Shown here: positions 24,701-37,743 of the stretch, one piece after another | Position numbering within the stretch: the first letter of the stretch is position 1 | Layout of the letters: each line of letters starts with the position of its first letter | Assembly (NCBI GenBank): GCA_951406725.2 | Contig: OX597815.1 | Span: 45,570,001-45,634,000 of the forward strand | Origin: Octopus vulgaris | Taxonomy: Eukaryota | Direction: 5' to 3' | Length of the DNA stretch: 64,000 nucleotides | Translations under genes and position numbers: made by a program | Notes under the pieces: generated by a model | What the model was told of the DNA's origin: nothing | Seen by the model: only the letters and a program-made list of their open reading frames with translations | The model's database searches: none

Positions 24701-25305
24701 CTACTACCTGTTAAGACAGACGAATAATAATATATCGACGCTAAGCTTTGCTCTGTCGCTATTTTAGTGTGTTGTGTATTTTTTCGTTTTGTTTACTGTA
24801 TATTCCTTTCATTTGAGAGAGAGAGATGTATACATATTTTGTTCCAGATTTAATGTTATAAACTGTAAACAGTGGCTCTCTTGAAGTTCGAAATATACGA
24901 TTGTTGTTTTTCTTTGTGAATATAAGGGACATTACTATAGCTATTTCAGTTAAGGGATTACACTTTAAACGTTGTGTCCTTAACGGTATTAGTAATGTCG
25001 CAGGTGACTGGGTATTTGTTGTGCAACCAGGTTGAAAAATAACATTAGTGTCGATCTTTCAATATGCAAACGCCCCAATTTAATTTTTTGAAACAGTGGA
25101 TCGCGAAGCACATGAAGCTATAAACAATAGCATATAACTATTGGGTTTCCAAGAAAATGATTTCATATTTTCGTGAAACTTTATAAGTTCTTATGGCGTC
25201 GGTAACGTTGTAATTTTAAGTAAAACTTGTATAAAAGTTTGAAGGAAAATATTGCTGCACATGTTCGAAGATGTCTGTTGTTTTTCGGTAGATAAAATGA
25301 GATAA

Positions 25306-25432
25306 GGCAGCGAGATGGCAGAATAGTTAGCACGCCTGACAAAACGCTTAGCCTCATTTCGTGTTTTTGAGTGCTGAGTTCAAATTCCGCTGAGGATGAC
25401 TTTGCCTTTGGGGTCGATGTAATCGACTTACA
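25306..25432 (+). mobile_element. Third tRNA-derived SINE family (other copies about 48920-49135 +, 50765-50975 +, 45880-46025 -)
   Basis: GGCAGCGAGATGGCAGAATAGTTAG...GAGTTCAAATTCCGC A/B boxes shared among copies. Confidence 0.75.
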
Positions 25433-25538
25433 ATATGAAACCAATAGATATAATGAAATTTCTTCCAATTAAATTTTTAATTTTAATGCTATCAGAGCTT
25501 TTATTTCCGTTTTAAAATTAATTAATTTATCATTTCAG

Positions 25539-25656
25539 GAATGTCCCAAATTGTGTTTCCAAAGCCAAAAATGTACGAACGCGAATATTCATTGGTGACC
25601 AGATTGAAGATTGCAAGGACCTTTCTGGACTGTATTACCTTCTTCCATTTCAAAAG
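25539..25656 (+). CDS. ACTR6: ACTR6 exon 2 (NVPNCVSKAKNVRTRIFIGDQIEDCKDLSGLYYLLPFQK)
   Basis: Acceptor TTTCAG, donor AAG|GTTTTT; 118 nt; resembles the ARP6 segment PNC...DQI..KD.SGL.Y.LPFQK. Confidence 0.95.
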
Positions 25657-25701
25657 GTTTTTATTTTTATTTTTGTCTGAGGATGATAAGCTCCCTAGAT
25701 A

Positions 25702-28260
25702 ATCATCATCATCGTTTAACGTCCGTTTTCCATGCTGGCATAGATTGGACGGTTTGACTGGGGACTAGCAAGCCAGGAGACTGCACCATGCTCCAATCTG
25801 ATCTGGCAAGGTTTCTACAGCTGCATGTCCTTCCTAACACCAACCACTCCGAGAGTGCAGTGAGAGCTTTTTACATGCCACTGGCATGGGAGCCAGCACT
25901 GGCATTGGCCATGTTCAGATGATGTTTTTAACGTGCCACTGGAACAGGGAGCCAGCCAGGCAGCACTCACATTGACCTACGCATGAATGGTGCTTATTGC
26001 GTACCACCAGCACGGGAGCCAGTCAGGTGGCACTGGCATCGGCCACATCTACAATTTCCATTTCGATTTGATTGAGATTCTGACTGATTTTGATCTTACT
26101 TGACCCAATAGGTCCCCTGAAGCATGGCGTGTCACCTGATTATTCAAAGGTACTTTTTAAATAGGCTGGTTATGCAAAACTGGTATAGGTTACAGCTGTG
26201 ATCTCACTTTACTTGCTGGGTCTTCTTAATCACAGCATATCTCCAGAGGTCTTGGTCTCTTGTCATTGCCTCTATGAAGCCCAACATTTGAAGGTCATGT
26301 TTCACCACCTTATCCCATGTCTTCCTGGGTCTCCCTTTTCTATGGGTTCCTTTCACTGTTAGAGTTTAACACTTCTTCACACAGCTTTTCTCATCCATAC
26401 GCAGCACATGACCATACCAGCACAGTCGTCTCTCTTGTACACCACATCTAATGCTTCTTATGTCAAACATTTCTCTCAGGGCACTTACAGTCTGTCATGT
26501 ATGCACACTGACATTATGCATCCAGCGGATCATACTAGCTTCATTTCTTTCAAGCCTGTGTATGTCCTCAACAGTCATGGCCCATGTTTCACTGCCTTGT
26601 AGCATGGCAGTTCACACACATGCATTATACAGTCTACCTTTCACTCTGAGCAAGAGGCCCTTTGTTACCAGCAGAGGTAGGAGCTTTCTAAACTTTGCCC
26701 AGGCTATTCTTATTCTAGTAGCAATGCTTTCAGAGCATCCACCCCCACTACTGACTTGGTCACCTAGGTAGCAGAAGCTATCAACTACTTCTAGTTTCTA
26801 CCCCTAGCATGTGATGGAATCTGTTTTCTGAACATCTTCGGTGTTTATTGCCCCTGTGCATCTACCGCACACAAAAACTATCATCCCGGTTAACTTTCCT
26901 TTGATGTTGCTGCACCTGTTATGTGTCCATAGCTTACACTGGGTGCATCTTATGGAGTTTCTACCTACGCCTTTGCTACAGATCGAGCAGGGCCATCTAC
27001 CTGAAGGGGTTTGTGATTTGTGTGCCTTCCTACTTACTAGGACTTTGGTTTTTGCAACATTGACTCTAAGGTACTTCGATTCTAAACTTTGCTTCCACAC
27101 CTGAAATTTTTTCTCTAGTTCTGGTAGTGATTCAGAGAGCAAGGTCATCAGCATAGTGAAGCTCCCAGGGACAGCCTGTCTTGAATTCCTCTGTTATTGC
27201 CTGAATCAGAGGGGGCTGAGGACTGATCTTTGGTGAACCCCTACTTCTACCTGGAATTCTTCACTAAACTTGTTGCCAACCCTCACCTTACTGACAGCAT
27301 CCCTGTACAGGGCCTGTACAGCTCTTACTAATCACTCGTTTACCCCTAGTTTCTGCATCGCCCACCAGATAAGGGATCAGGAGACCTTGTCAAAGACTTT
27401 CTCCAACTTTGGTTAGGTATTTCTCCTGTAGTTGCCTTACCAGAAATATAGCATCAGTGGTGCTTCTACCTGGCACAAAACCGAACTGCATCTCATCTAG
27501 ACCGATTCTCTCCCTATTTAGTTGGGCAATGACCCTCTCCGTGACCTTCATCACCTGATCCAGCAGTTTGATACCCCTGTAGTTATTTCTATTTAAAGCA
27601 TCACCTTTACCTTTGTAGCAGTTGACTATGGTGCTGCTACACCAGTCATTGGGTATGACTCCTTCATGAACTACCTGATTTACAATATGGGTGATAAGAC
27701 CATAACCCACACCACCAGATATTTTAAGCATCTCAGCAGCGATTCCTGACAGGCTGGGTGCTTTTTCTGACTCCGTATCCTTAATTGCTTTATCTACCAG
27801 GGTGCTATTGATTCAGGCCCCTCAACTGGGTCAACATTTTGCAGGCTCTCCTCCTCCCATTTATTCTCCACATTCAGCAGCCTTTCATAATGGCATCTCC
27901 AAGCCTCTTTCTTTGCAGAATCTTGACATTGACCTTCAATACTTCATCCCATGTCTTCCTGGACCTCCCTCTTCTGCAGGCTCCATCCACTTTAAATGGT
28001 CGGCACTTCTGTTTGCAACTGTCTACATCCATATGTATTACATGACCAAACCAACACAGTCTTCTCTCTTGCACAATACATCTAATTCCACTTATGCCTA
28101 GTTTTTCTCTCAATACACTAGGGCTCTGTCATAGATGTATACTGACATTGCACATCCAGTGGAACATACTTGCATTGTTCCTCTTTAGTCTTCACATGTC
28201 TTCTGCATTTACGGTACATGTCTCACTACCATGTAGCATTACTGCTCATATACATTCCTT
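25702..28260 (-). mobile_element. RTE-clade LINE fragments (two adjacent copies) in ACTR6 intron 2
   Basis: PNDW..S.IV..YKGKGDAL.R.NYRGIKLL, QFGFVPGRSTTDAIFLVRQLQEKY, a Cys/His-rich insert C..C..C..C..W.H..C, YLG; (GAT)n tail at 25702. Confidence 0.93.
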
Positions 28261-28708
28261 TCACTCAGAGAGAGAGAGAGACTTTTGGTTGCCATTTCTG
28301 CAGAAAAGGATTTGACAAAAGTGCTCAAATGTGAGAGATGAAATATAGTTAAAGTGATTTAAAGAAGAATGACAAGCTTGAGAGGGGGTGACATGAGAAG
28401 TTAAAGAGAAGAGTGATGAGAATACTCCCATTCTGTAGTATTCTAGCAAGCTAGTAGTGGAACAATTTTGTAACTTTGCTTTTTAAGCTGATGATATTTT
28501 TACTTATGTGAGCCAGTATTTGGAGGTGTAATAGATGATACATCCCACATGTGAAAACAGACATTAAACGATTTTGATGGTGATGATTTCAAATATTATT
28601 TTCGTAGATACTAACTTTCCATAATTATGTTTAAAAATATGCAGTCCTATTGGATCATTTAATTCTTTTTTAATTTTGTTTAAATTCCTTTAAATTTTTA
28701 TTTAACAG

Positions 28709-28777
28709 GGTTACCTAGTAAACTGGGAGATTGAGAAACAAGTATGGGATTATCTCTTCGGCAAAGATGTTCTGAAG
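28709..28777 (+). CDS. ACTR6: ACTR6 exon 3 (GYLVNWEIEKQVWDYLFGKDVLK)
   Basis: Acceptor TAACAG, donor AAG|GTGAGC; 69 nt; GYLVNW...QVWDYLFGK is characteristic of ARP6. Confidence 0.96.
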
Positions 28778-29384
28778 GTGAGCAACATAGAAACTCATTT
28801 CTTTACTGATGCTGCTGTTGTAAGCTGTTTCATGGAATGGAAATTAATGAAATATTGAGGCATCTTTTCTCTTTTATCTTTTACTTGTTTCAGTCATTAG
28901 GCTGTGGCCATGCTAGGGCATTGCTTTGAAGAACTTTTTTTTGGTTGAATGTATTGACCCCAGTACTTATTTTTTTTAAAGTCTGGTACTTATCCTATTG
29001 CTGAACCACTAAATTACAGGGATATAAATACACCAACACCAGTTGGTACGCTATTGAGAAATGTAAGCAGTGTATTGAAATAGATGGAGTACTTTTTTCA
29101 CAGTTGGCTTGTTGCATTACACAGGAGTTCTGGGCAAAATGTTATAGTGCATGACCATCCATGGCACATAAGTAATGTGTGTGTAAAGTTTGGTGAAAAT
29201 CGGTTGAAAACTGTAGAAATGCATATGTATTACACACACATACAGACGTCCTTTGTTTTATATATATAGATGGAAAGAAAAATATCAAAAAACATCAATA
29301 CATGTGAGTGATAAAAAAATATGGAGGGTTGTCTTGGGAGGTGCTAGAAATAACAGCCAAATCTGTGACGACTGACATGTGTAA

Positions 29385-30070
29385 ATGTTTGTAGGTGTCT
29401 CTCTTACTATATGTATGGGTCTTTGTGAGAGTGTATGTATTTTATATATGTATGTGTCTGTGATTGTGTGTCTATTTAAATACACTATTTATGTTTCTCC
29501 CTCTATAGAAAACTATTGTGTAATATTGCTTCACTTTTATTCTTTCATTATTGTGTGTGTATTTGCGTATGAGATAGTAAAGCATATTTCAAACCACCAA
29601 CATGACATCACATATATGAGTGTGTATGTGTCTCTGACTGTATGTGTGTGGGGGCCTATGAGTGTCTGTGTCTCTCTGACAGTGTGTGTGTGTTTCCATG
29701 TTAGGTACACTACTAAACACACACAAATATCTACACGTACATATACACGTGATGACTTACATGCGGGAATGTATGTCTATATGTGTTTCTCTTACTACAT
29801 GTATATGTCTGTATGTGAGAGTGTATGTGTGCATATCATCACATTTTTTACACGAATGTGTATGTGTCTGTGAGTATGTTTATGTTTCTCAACATCAGCA
29901 AAGGCATGCTGCAACATGTCTGATGGAGTCTCAATACAGAAGGGACATGACACTTTCTAAAGATCACCAAACGCATGCTGCAGCATGTCAAATACAGTCT
30001 TAAGAAAGAAGAGAGATGATACTTTCTCAAGATCAACAAAGGCATGCTACAGTACATCAGATGGAGTCTC
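29385..30070 (+). mobile_element. Second, degenerate copy of the STPR-repeat Helitron
   Basis: SQHQQRHAATCLMESQYRRDMTLSKDHQTHAAACQIQS* repeats; upstream block homologous to 18940-19400 (minus). Confidence 0.75.
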
Positions 30071-30071
30071 T

Positions 30072-31165
30072 AGTGGGGGGGGGGTCGATGCTCTGAGAAC
30101 ATTGCCACTAGAATAAGAATAGCCCGGGCAGAGTTCAGAAAGCTCCTACCTCTGCTGGTAACAAAGGGCCTCTTGCCCAGAGTGAAAAGTAGACTGTATG
30201 ATGCTTGTGTGCAAACAGCCATGCTACACAGCAGTGAAACATGGGCCATGACTGTTGAGGACATACATAGGCTTGAAAGAAATGAAGCTAGTATGATCCG
30301 CTGGATGTGTAATGTCAGTGTGCACCCTGAGAGTAAGCGCCCTGGGAGAAATGTTGGACATAAGAAGCATTAGATGTGGTGTACAAGAGAGATGACTGCA
30401 CTGGTATGGTCACATTCTGCATATGGATGAGAAGAGCTGTGTGAAGAAGTGTCACACCCTAACAGTGGAAGGTACCCATAGCAGAGGGAGACCCAGGAAA
30501 ACATGGGATGAGGTGGTGAAGCACGACCTTTGAACGTTGGGTCTCACAGAGGCAATGACAAGAGACCAAGACGTCTGGAAATATGCTGTGATTGAGAAGA
30601 ACCTGCAAGTAAAGTGAGATCATAGCCGTAGCCTATACCAGTGTCACATAACCAGCCCATTTAAAAGCACCCTTGTATCATTGCAATACGCTGTGCTTGA
30701 GAAATATCAAAATCAAATGCAAATCAAGATCGAAATCAAATTGGAAATTGTAGATGTGGCCAATGCCAGTGCTGCCTAACTGGCACTTGTGCTGGTGGCA
30801 TGTAATAAGCACCATTCATGCGTGGGTCGATGTGAGTGCCGCCTGACTGGCTCCCTGTGCTTGTGGCATGTAAAAAGCACTACCCGAACGTGGTTAATGC
30901 CAGTCTCCCCCCAACTGGATCCTGTGCTGGTGGCATGTAAAAAGCACCATCCGAATGTGGTTGATGCCAGTACCACTTGACTAGCTCCCATGCCGGTGGC
31001 ACATAAAAAGCACCCACTACACTCTCAGAGTGGTTGGCATTAGGAAGGGCATCCTGCTGTAGAAACGTTGCAGTTTTAGATTGGAACCTGTTGCAGCCTA
31101 CTGGCTTGCCAGTCCACAGTCAAACTATCCAACCTGAGTTTAAAACACTGAATGATGATGATGAT
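30072..31165 (+). mobile_element. RTE LINE 3' part with tandemly repeated 3' UTR and (GAT)n tail
   Basis: RVK.RLYDACVQTAMLHSSETWA, RW.GH; inverted homologue of 25702-26750. Confidence 0.9.
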
Positions 31166-31380
31166 TATATATATCTTACTAATTTTTTTTTATAGTTTAG
31201 AGAGCCTACACATTGTAGATTATTACAAAATGGAATGTAGTGTCATCTCAGTGATTAATACAAAATCCTGTGGATATCTAAAATGATAATCCAAAATAAT
31301 AAAATGAATAAAACTAAACAGATATAATGCAAAGCCATCAGTAACTTATTTTCTTTTATAATATGATAATCATTATTTAG

Positions 31381-31783
31381 CCCTTTAGCTTTCAGATTAT
31401 TCTGTCAAATGTGATACTTATTCACATTGTTTTGAATTAATCAAGCATTACTGTTACCTTTGAGATTTTGAAGATGTGATTGTTTATTTTTAGAATGACA
31501 TTGTAGGGTAGGTGTGAAAGGCTGTATCTGATAAGTTTGAACATAAAACAGGTGGAATATTTGGACTGGATATTGCTGGTTTGACCCTTTAGCATTTGAA
31601 CTAGCCATATCCAAATATGCTATCTATTATATGTTCAAACCAACCAAATCCACCCTATTACACCTACCCTTCATGTCATTCTTGAAATATACAATTACAT
31701 CATCAAAATTTTGAAGCTATGAGATAGTGCATGATTACTTAAAAACGATGTGAATGAAAAAGCATAATCTGAATGCTAAGGGG
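31381..31783. mobile_element. Two piggyBac-type MITEs in inverted tandem
   Basis: CCCTTTAGC starts at 31381 and 31585, GCTAAGGGG-TTAA end at 31783; another family copy at about 44788-45008. Confidence 0.75.
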
Positions 31784-31830
31784 TTAAAATATGGCATTTT
31801 TAAAAATAATTTATTATCAACTGTTTGCAG

Positions 31831-31954
31831 GTGAACTTTAGTGAGACAACACTTGTTGTCACTGAACCCCACTTCAACTTCTTATCCATTCAAGAAGCAA
31901 TGAATGAAATTTTCTTTGAGGATTACCAATTCCAAGCTATCTATAGAACCAATG
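31831..31954 (+). CDS. ACTR6: ACTR6 exon 4 (VNFSETTLVVTEPHFNFLSIQEAMNEIFFEDYQFQAIYRTN)
   Basis: Acceptor TTGCAG, donor G|GTAAGA; 124 nt; TEP.FNF.SIQE.MNEI.FE.YQF motif. Confidence 0.96.
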
Positions 31955-34004
31955 GTAAGAAAGAAAAATTGTCTTTTCAACAGAAAATTTACATTTTATT
32001 TTCTATCTATCTAGGCTATTTGTTAGTATAAGCATCCTCTACATTATGGAAGAATGGAAGGGTTGTGTTCAAAAAACCTCACTGTAACATGAGTTCTGTA
32101 ATGTGAAACATATTTTCCCAGTTGACTTCCATATCGACTGGAAGTCAGTGGGGATATTTTTTTTTTGTAGTTCAGAACTTCACATTATAGCAAGATTTTG
32201 AGGAGTGCAATGCTTAAGTAACACAAAGCATACCTGTATATTAAAGTGTAGTATCTGACCTAACAATGTTTGTTAGTGTCACTAGATTTGACTCAAAAAA
32301 TTCTTTTTTTATTCATTAGCCCAAGAAGGAAGTAATGTTCTCAGAACTTTTTAGGAATAAATAAGACTGATTTAGGTTATAACAGTCAATGCTGGATTTG
32401 TCTGTTGCTGGTTGCTAGTTGAGTGATAAAATACTCAGTTCTTCAAAAGGAAGTATTGGGAAAAGTGTTTAATAAAGGATATGTATTAGGCACATTGCTG
32501 TGCTCAAGAAAACCCGTTCACCACAACAAAATTGAAATCCTAAAAACAAGAAGCATTGGTGTGGGTGCTAGCGCCACATAAAAAGTGCTGGTGCTGGTCC
32601 CACATAAAAAACACTGGCAATGGTACCATGTAAAAAGCACCCAGTACACTCTGTAAAGTGGTTGGCATTAGGAAGGGCATCCAGCCATAGAGACCAAGTT
32701 AAAACAGACTAGGGAACCTGATGCAGTCCCTGGCCTTGCTAGTTCCTGTGAAACTGTCCAACCCATGCTAGCATGCAAAATGGATGTTGATGATGATGAG
32801 TCACAGTAAAGATGGTGGTAGTAGATGAGACATGTTCATTAAATGGAATCAGATGCAGGTGGTGGCAAATATTCCAACAGAATTGGCAAGGATGGGAGAA
32901 TGTGACAGCTATTTTGGTGGTGGTTGAGGAAACAGAGAAACAGTTTTAAAATTGGTTTGTATGTCATCTCTGACATTAGTTTGTTTTAATGATTAAGTCT
33001 TAGGACATGATGGCCATGGACACAAGTGCCATCTATCTATGTACTTCAGACTACCATATATCTATGTTGTTTGTTGCAACATATTACTGAGTTACCATAC
33101 CAGTTTTTTTCTTTGATTGCTGCCTAGAAAATGTGGCTGTGATAAAAATAAGTGCATTTATTGGTGCATATATTTCTATTTTAAAGCTGAGTCAGAGAAG
33201 AGCAACTGAAATTAAAATATTTTCTCAATGTGAAATAGAAATCCAGCATTTGTAATATAAAGAAGTTTTATCTAATAAGTCAGTGTGTACATACAACAGT
33301 GTGTAAGCATCTTGAGAGAAAAACTGGGTATAAGAAGCATCAGATGTAATGTACAATAGAGAAGACTGCACTGGTATGGTCATGTGATGTGTATGGATGA
33401 GGACAGCTGTGGAGGGAACCTGCGGAAGAGGTGGGACAAGATGGTGAAGTATGATTTTTGGATGTTGAGTCTCATGGAAGTGATGACAAGTGACCAAGAC
33501 CTTTGGCGATTTGCTGTGTTTGAGAAGTCACATCAGGCTAAGTGAAATCATAGTCATGGCCAATGCCAGTGACACAAAAGCACCCAGTACACTCTATGGA
33601 GTGGTTGGAGTTGGGAAGAGCATCCAGCCATAGAAACCATGCCAAAACAGTCTATGGAACCTGGTGCAGCTCTTTGGCTTACTGGCCCCAGTCAAACCAT
33701 CTTGGCCATGCTAGCATGGAAAACAGATGCTAAATGGTGATGATGGTTGTATTGTAAAATCAGATATTGTAATTAATTGCTACAAGGGTTGTTCTTTTAA
33801 TAACATGTTATATTATAAAAAGAACAATTGTCTAAGCAAGATCATTGCAAAGCTTCAGTTTTTTTTAACTAATCCATTGCTATATTGGCATAAAATTCCT
33901 GATGAAATATAAAATAATCTGGTAGAGGATATTTAGTTTTCTAAACCTAAATCCTACAAAGTGCTCCTTCCTGTCCTACCTCCTTTTTCTTTTCCTTATT
34001 TCAG

Positions 34005-34143
34005 CCAGCCATTTAAGTGATTACAAACTAAGACGAGAACAAAGCACCAACAATCTCTGCAGTTTGGTTATTGATTCTGGTTATTCATTCAGCCATCTAG
34101 TTCCCTACATGAAGGGGGAAAAAATAACAAATGCTGTTAAAAG
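34005..34143 (+). CDS. ACTR6: ACTR6 exon 5 (ASHLSDYKLRREQSTNNLCSLVIDSGYSFSHLVPYMKGEKITNAVK-R)
   Basis: Polypyrimidine tract plus CAG, donor AG|GTGAAC; 139 nt; actin phosphate-2 motif VIDSGYSFSH. Confidence 0.95.
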
Positions 34144-35577
34144 GTGAACCACATTACATTAAAATTCTCTTCATTTTCTGTATCTTTTTTTGAATTATAT
34201 TTCATGATGTTGCTTGGGTAAAAAGTGTAAATGGTATGATAGCAGTGCATTTGTCCTTACTAACATGGCTTGGAAATGTTACTATGAGAAGTTACTGAAG
34301 GAGGAGAAAGAAGGCCAAATGTTTGTATCTCTATAAATTTGTACTTAGCTTATATAAAACTATACTGGTAAATTCACTACTTATAAAAAAAAATACTGCT
34401 TAGATTAAAATTTTATTAATGTATAATTAGCATGTTCCTTTACCCCAATACTCCTTTATTAATACCAGTATATACCAATTAATCAATATTCACAGATACC
34501 ATCTGATGAGTTAGTATATAAGTATACAATATGTATAAATATTAAACTATTTCTGGATAATTTCTTTTCCTCCCTCTATTGTGGTAAGAAGTTTAGTATA
34601 TACTCAAAAGTATTCATAAATTTCTATCCTTTTGTTATAATATTCTTCTTAATAATCCTTTGAATAACCCTAAACTTTAACGGTATACATAGCAACATTA
34701 TTTAAAATATTTAACTATAGTACCATATGATAAGACTAGGCTTACAGGGTGCTTTTACATGACACCGGTATCTGCCACGACTGCAATTTTGCTCGGCTTG
34801 ATGCGTCTTCTCAAGCACGACATAATGCCAAAGGTCTCAGTCATTGCCTCTGTGAGACCCAACACTCAAAAGGAACTCAGACACTTTGCCTCCATGAGGC
34901 CCAATGCTCAAATGTTATCCTTTACATGCCACTAGCACGGGATGCACTTAGCTTGATAAGTCCTCTCAAGCACAGCACATTGCCAAAGGTTTCATTATCA
35001 ATAGTCTGCTAATGGGCGACCCCCTTAATTATCAGCTAACATCTTGTGTTAAGTTTTCCCTTACTAAACCTCATGATATTGCTTATAATAAATCTTGATT
35101 TTTTATGACTATACCAACTAGAATGTCTGTCTATTCCATCAGCCCTACCCCTAACAGATACTGCCGTCTGTTCCCTCAGCCTTAGATATACAAGGGATTT
35201 GATAAACTAGTCTATGAATTAAAACTGACCCCATAAAGACAAGAAAATCAGTGGCAGGCAGAGTCTTCTTGATAATTGTGAAGACCTATTGAGGCACGGG
35301 GCCAGAGGAGCAGGCATCGACCATAATCAGATGGTGCTTTTTATGTGCCACCAGCATGGAAGCCAGTCAAGTATTTTGTGTTTACATTCCTGTAACTTAG
35401 CAGTTTGGTAAAAGACACTGACTGAATGAGTACTAGACTTATAAAGAATAAAACCTGTAGTTGATTTCTTCAACCAACGGCGGTGCTCCAGCATGGCCAC
35501 AGTCATATGACTGAATCAAGTAAAGCAATAAAAATCTATGCCATTTTAATCCCGAGCAAGGCTGGGTATCTCTGCTA

Positions 35578-35620
<43 letters not shown>

Positions 35621-36197
35621 CACACATGAGGGTACAGTGTACAAGTAAATTTTCCTTAGTTACGAATTTAGTGTACGGGTAGGTGCTCACCAAGGCTTGG
35701 TCCTCAGCCCCCATCTATTGATCATTGTCTTACAGGCCAGGACCAAGAAATTTAAGACTGGCAGCCCATGCGAACTGCTAAATGCTGATGATCTTGCCCT
35801 CATGGCAGAATCTAACAGAGTTAGGAAGGAAAAGGTGCTAGTGCCACATAAAAAGCATTGGTGATGATGCCATGTAAAAAAACACTGGTGATGATGCCCT
35901 GTAAAATGCACCCAATACAATCTTTGGAGTGGTTGGTATTAAGAAGATCATCCAGGTGTAGAAACCAAGCCAGATCCTGTCAAGCCATTCAACCCATGCC
36001 AGCATGGAAAATGGATGTTTGATGATGTTGATGATGATGATTACAACGACAATGAAGAAGGGCTTATTTCATCTCCTTCCAAATCCACTCACAAAGCTTT
36101 GGTTGGCTCAGGGTGATTGTCGAAGTCTGAACCTAACACCATGCTGTTAGGAAGCAAACTTCTTAGCCACACAGCCATGCTTGCACTTGGCACATGG

Positions 36198-36372
36198 ATC
36201 CTGGCTAGAGTTTTGCTCAACTGCCTCATTGCACATCTAGAGCAAGGTCTCCTACCTGAGAGCTAGTGTGGTTTTGGAAAGAGCGTGGGACTATTGACAT
36301 GGTGTTTGCTGCTAGACAGCTGCAGGAGAAGTGTCAGGAGCAGAACATTGACCTCTACTCCACCTACATTGA
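36198..36372 (+). mobile_element. BovB-like RTE RT fragment
   Basis: ILARVLLNCLIAHLEQGLLPES*CGF / GTIDMVFAARQLQEKCQEQN. Confidence 0.85.
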
Positions 36373-36592
36373 GTAGGTGAAGTAGAGGGCTGAAGATATT
36401 TATAGTCATGTTCAGTTATTTAGAGCCAGCCATGGCCAGTGAGTTGGAACCATTTAAAAACTATGGCAGTACAGGTAAAGGTGTAAAAGCTTTGTGATTA
36501 GTACACTGAAAATATGAATTTATTTGTTTTACATCCTTTCTGTTCTCATTTTTCCATCATTTTCTGTTTTTTTGTTTTTTTTTTGTTTTTAG

Positions 36593-36649
36593 GATTAATG
36601 TTGGTGGGAAAATATTGACAAATCATTTGAAAGAAATAATATCTTATCG
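36593..36649 (+). CDS. ACTR6: ACTR6 exon 6 (INVGGKILTNHLKEIISY-R)
   Basis: Long T tract plus TAG, donor CG|GTAAGC; 57 nt. Confidence 0.96.
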
Positions 36650-36907
36650 GTAAGCATGTTTATAAATATATCATTTTTTGGGATGTCCATAAAGTTTTAA
36701 TGATTTTTTTTTTAACAAACTGCCTATCTAAATATGTTGGTAGTTCTTTTAGTTAGTGTTTTATTCCTGTCGAAATAAATGGTATTTTTCTGATATTTTT
36801 TGATCACTTCAGTCTGCTTGTATTAAAAATGAAATGCAAGATATATTGTACTCTGTTTTAAATTTTTTTGACTGCTGATTAAATTTGTCTTTGCTTTTTG
36901 TTGGTAG

Positions 36908-37006
36908 GCAGCTGATGGTTATGGATGAGACATATGTTATCAACCAGCTTAAAGAGGATGTTTGTTTTGTATCTCAAGACTTCAACAAAGATATGGAAAA
37001 AGCAAG
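36908..37006 (+). CDS. ACTR6: ACTR6 exon 7 (QLMVMDETYVINQLKEDVCFVSQDFNKDMEKA-R)
   Basis: Acceptor GGTAG, donor AG|GTGAAT; 99 nt; MDET.VINQ.KEDVC.VSQDF motif. Confidence 0.96.
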
Positions 37007-37180
37007 GTGAATATTACTGTTTGCTTAGATATATGGATTCTCCTAAATAAACAATAGTTTTCAATTTTGTAAGATTTACACACACACACACACACATGCG
37101 CACGCACGCACACACACACACATGCGCACGCACACACACACACACACACACACACATGCATGCACGCGCACACACATAGA

Positions 37181-37513
37181 CATCATCATCATCATCATCA
37201 TCGTTTAACGTCCGTTTTCCGCGCTAGCACGGGTTGGACGGTTCGACCGGGGTCTGGGAAGCCAGGGGCTGCTCCAGGCTCCAGTCTGATCTGGCAGAGT
37301 TTCTACGGCTGGATGCCCTTCCTAACGCCAACCACTCCACGAGTGTAGTGGGTGCTTTTTACGTGCCACCTGCACAGGTGCCAGGGGAGGTCCGGCATCG
37401 GTCACGATCGGTTGGAGCTTTTAACGTGCCAGCGGCACGGAAGCCAGCTGGCAACGTTCGGATGGTCTTTTTTTATGTGCCACCGGCACAGGGGCCAGTT
37501 GGGGCGGCGCTGG
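37181..37513 (-). mobile_element. Young RTE 3'-UTR fragment with (GAT)n tail
   Basis: CpG-rich copy of the 3' end also seen, more decayed, at about 32490-32800, 33280-33745, 35830-36045, 39845-40440, 48680-48900, 49730-49940 and 51180-51400. Confidence 0.85.
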
Positions 37514-37743
37514 TGTATATATATATATTAATGTTTGTTTTTATGTTCAGTTATGATAAAAACAATTTTACATTAATTTCGTGGATTACTCTAGACTTTT
37601 GTAGAGTACAAATTTATTATTCTTAAACAAGAATATTGTTGACAGTGACTTTGAAGTTTCAACCAGCTAAACCATTGTTGGACTGGCAGTCTGACCATGG
37701 CTTAACTGGCCAAAATGTGAAAATCACTGTCAACAACTCTCTT

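Noticed and set aside
30770-31020. CRISPR-like repeat-spacer pattern (GTGCYGGTGGCAYGTAAAAAGCAC units)
   Set aside because: Degenerate tandem repeats of the RTE 3' UTR in a eukaryote; spacers are related to each other and there are no cas genes.
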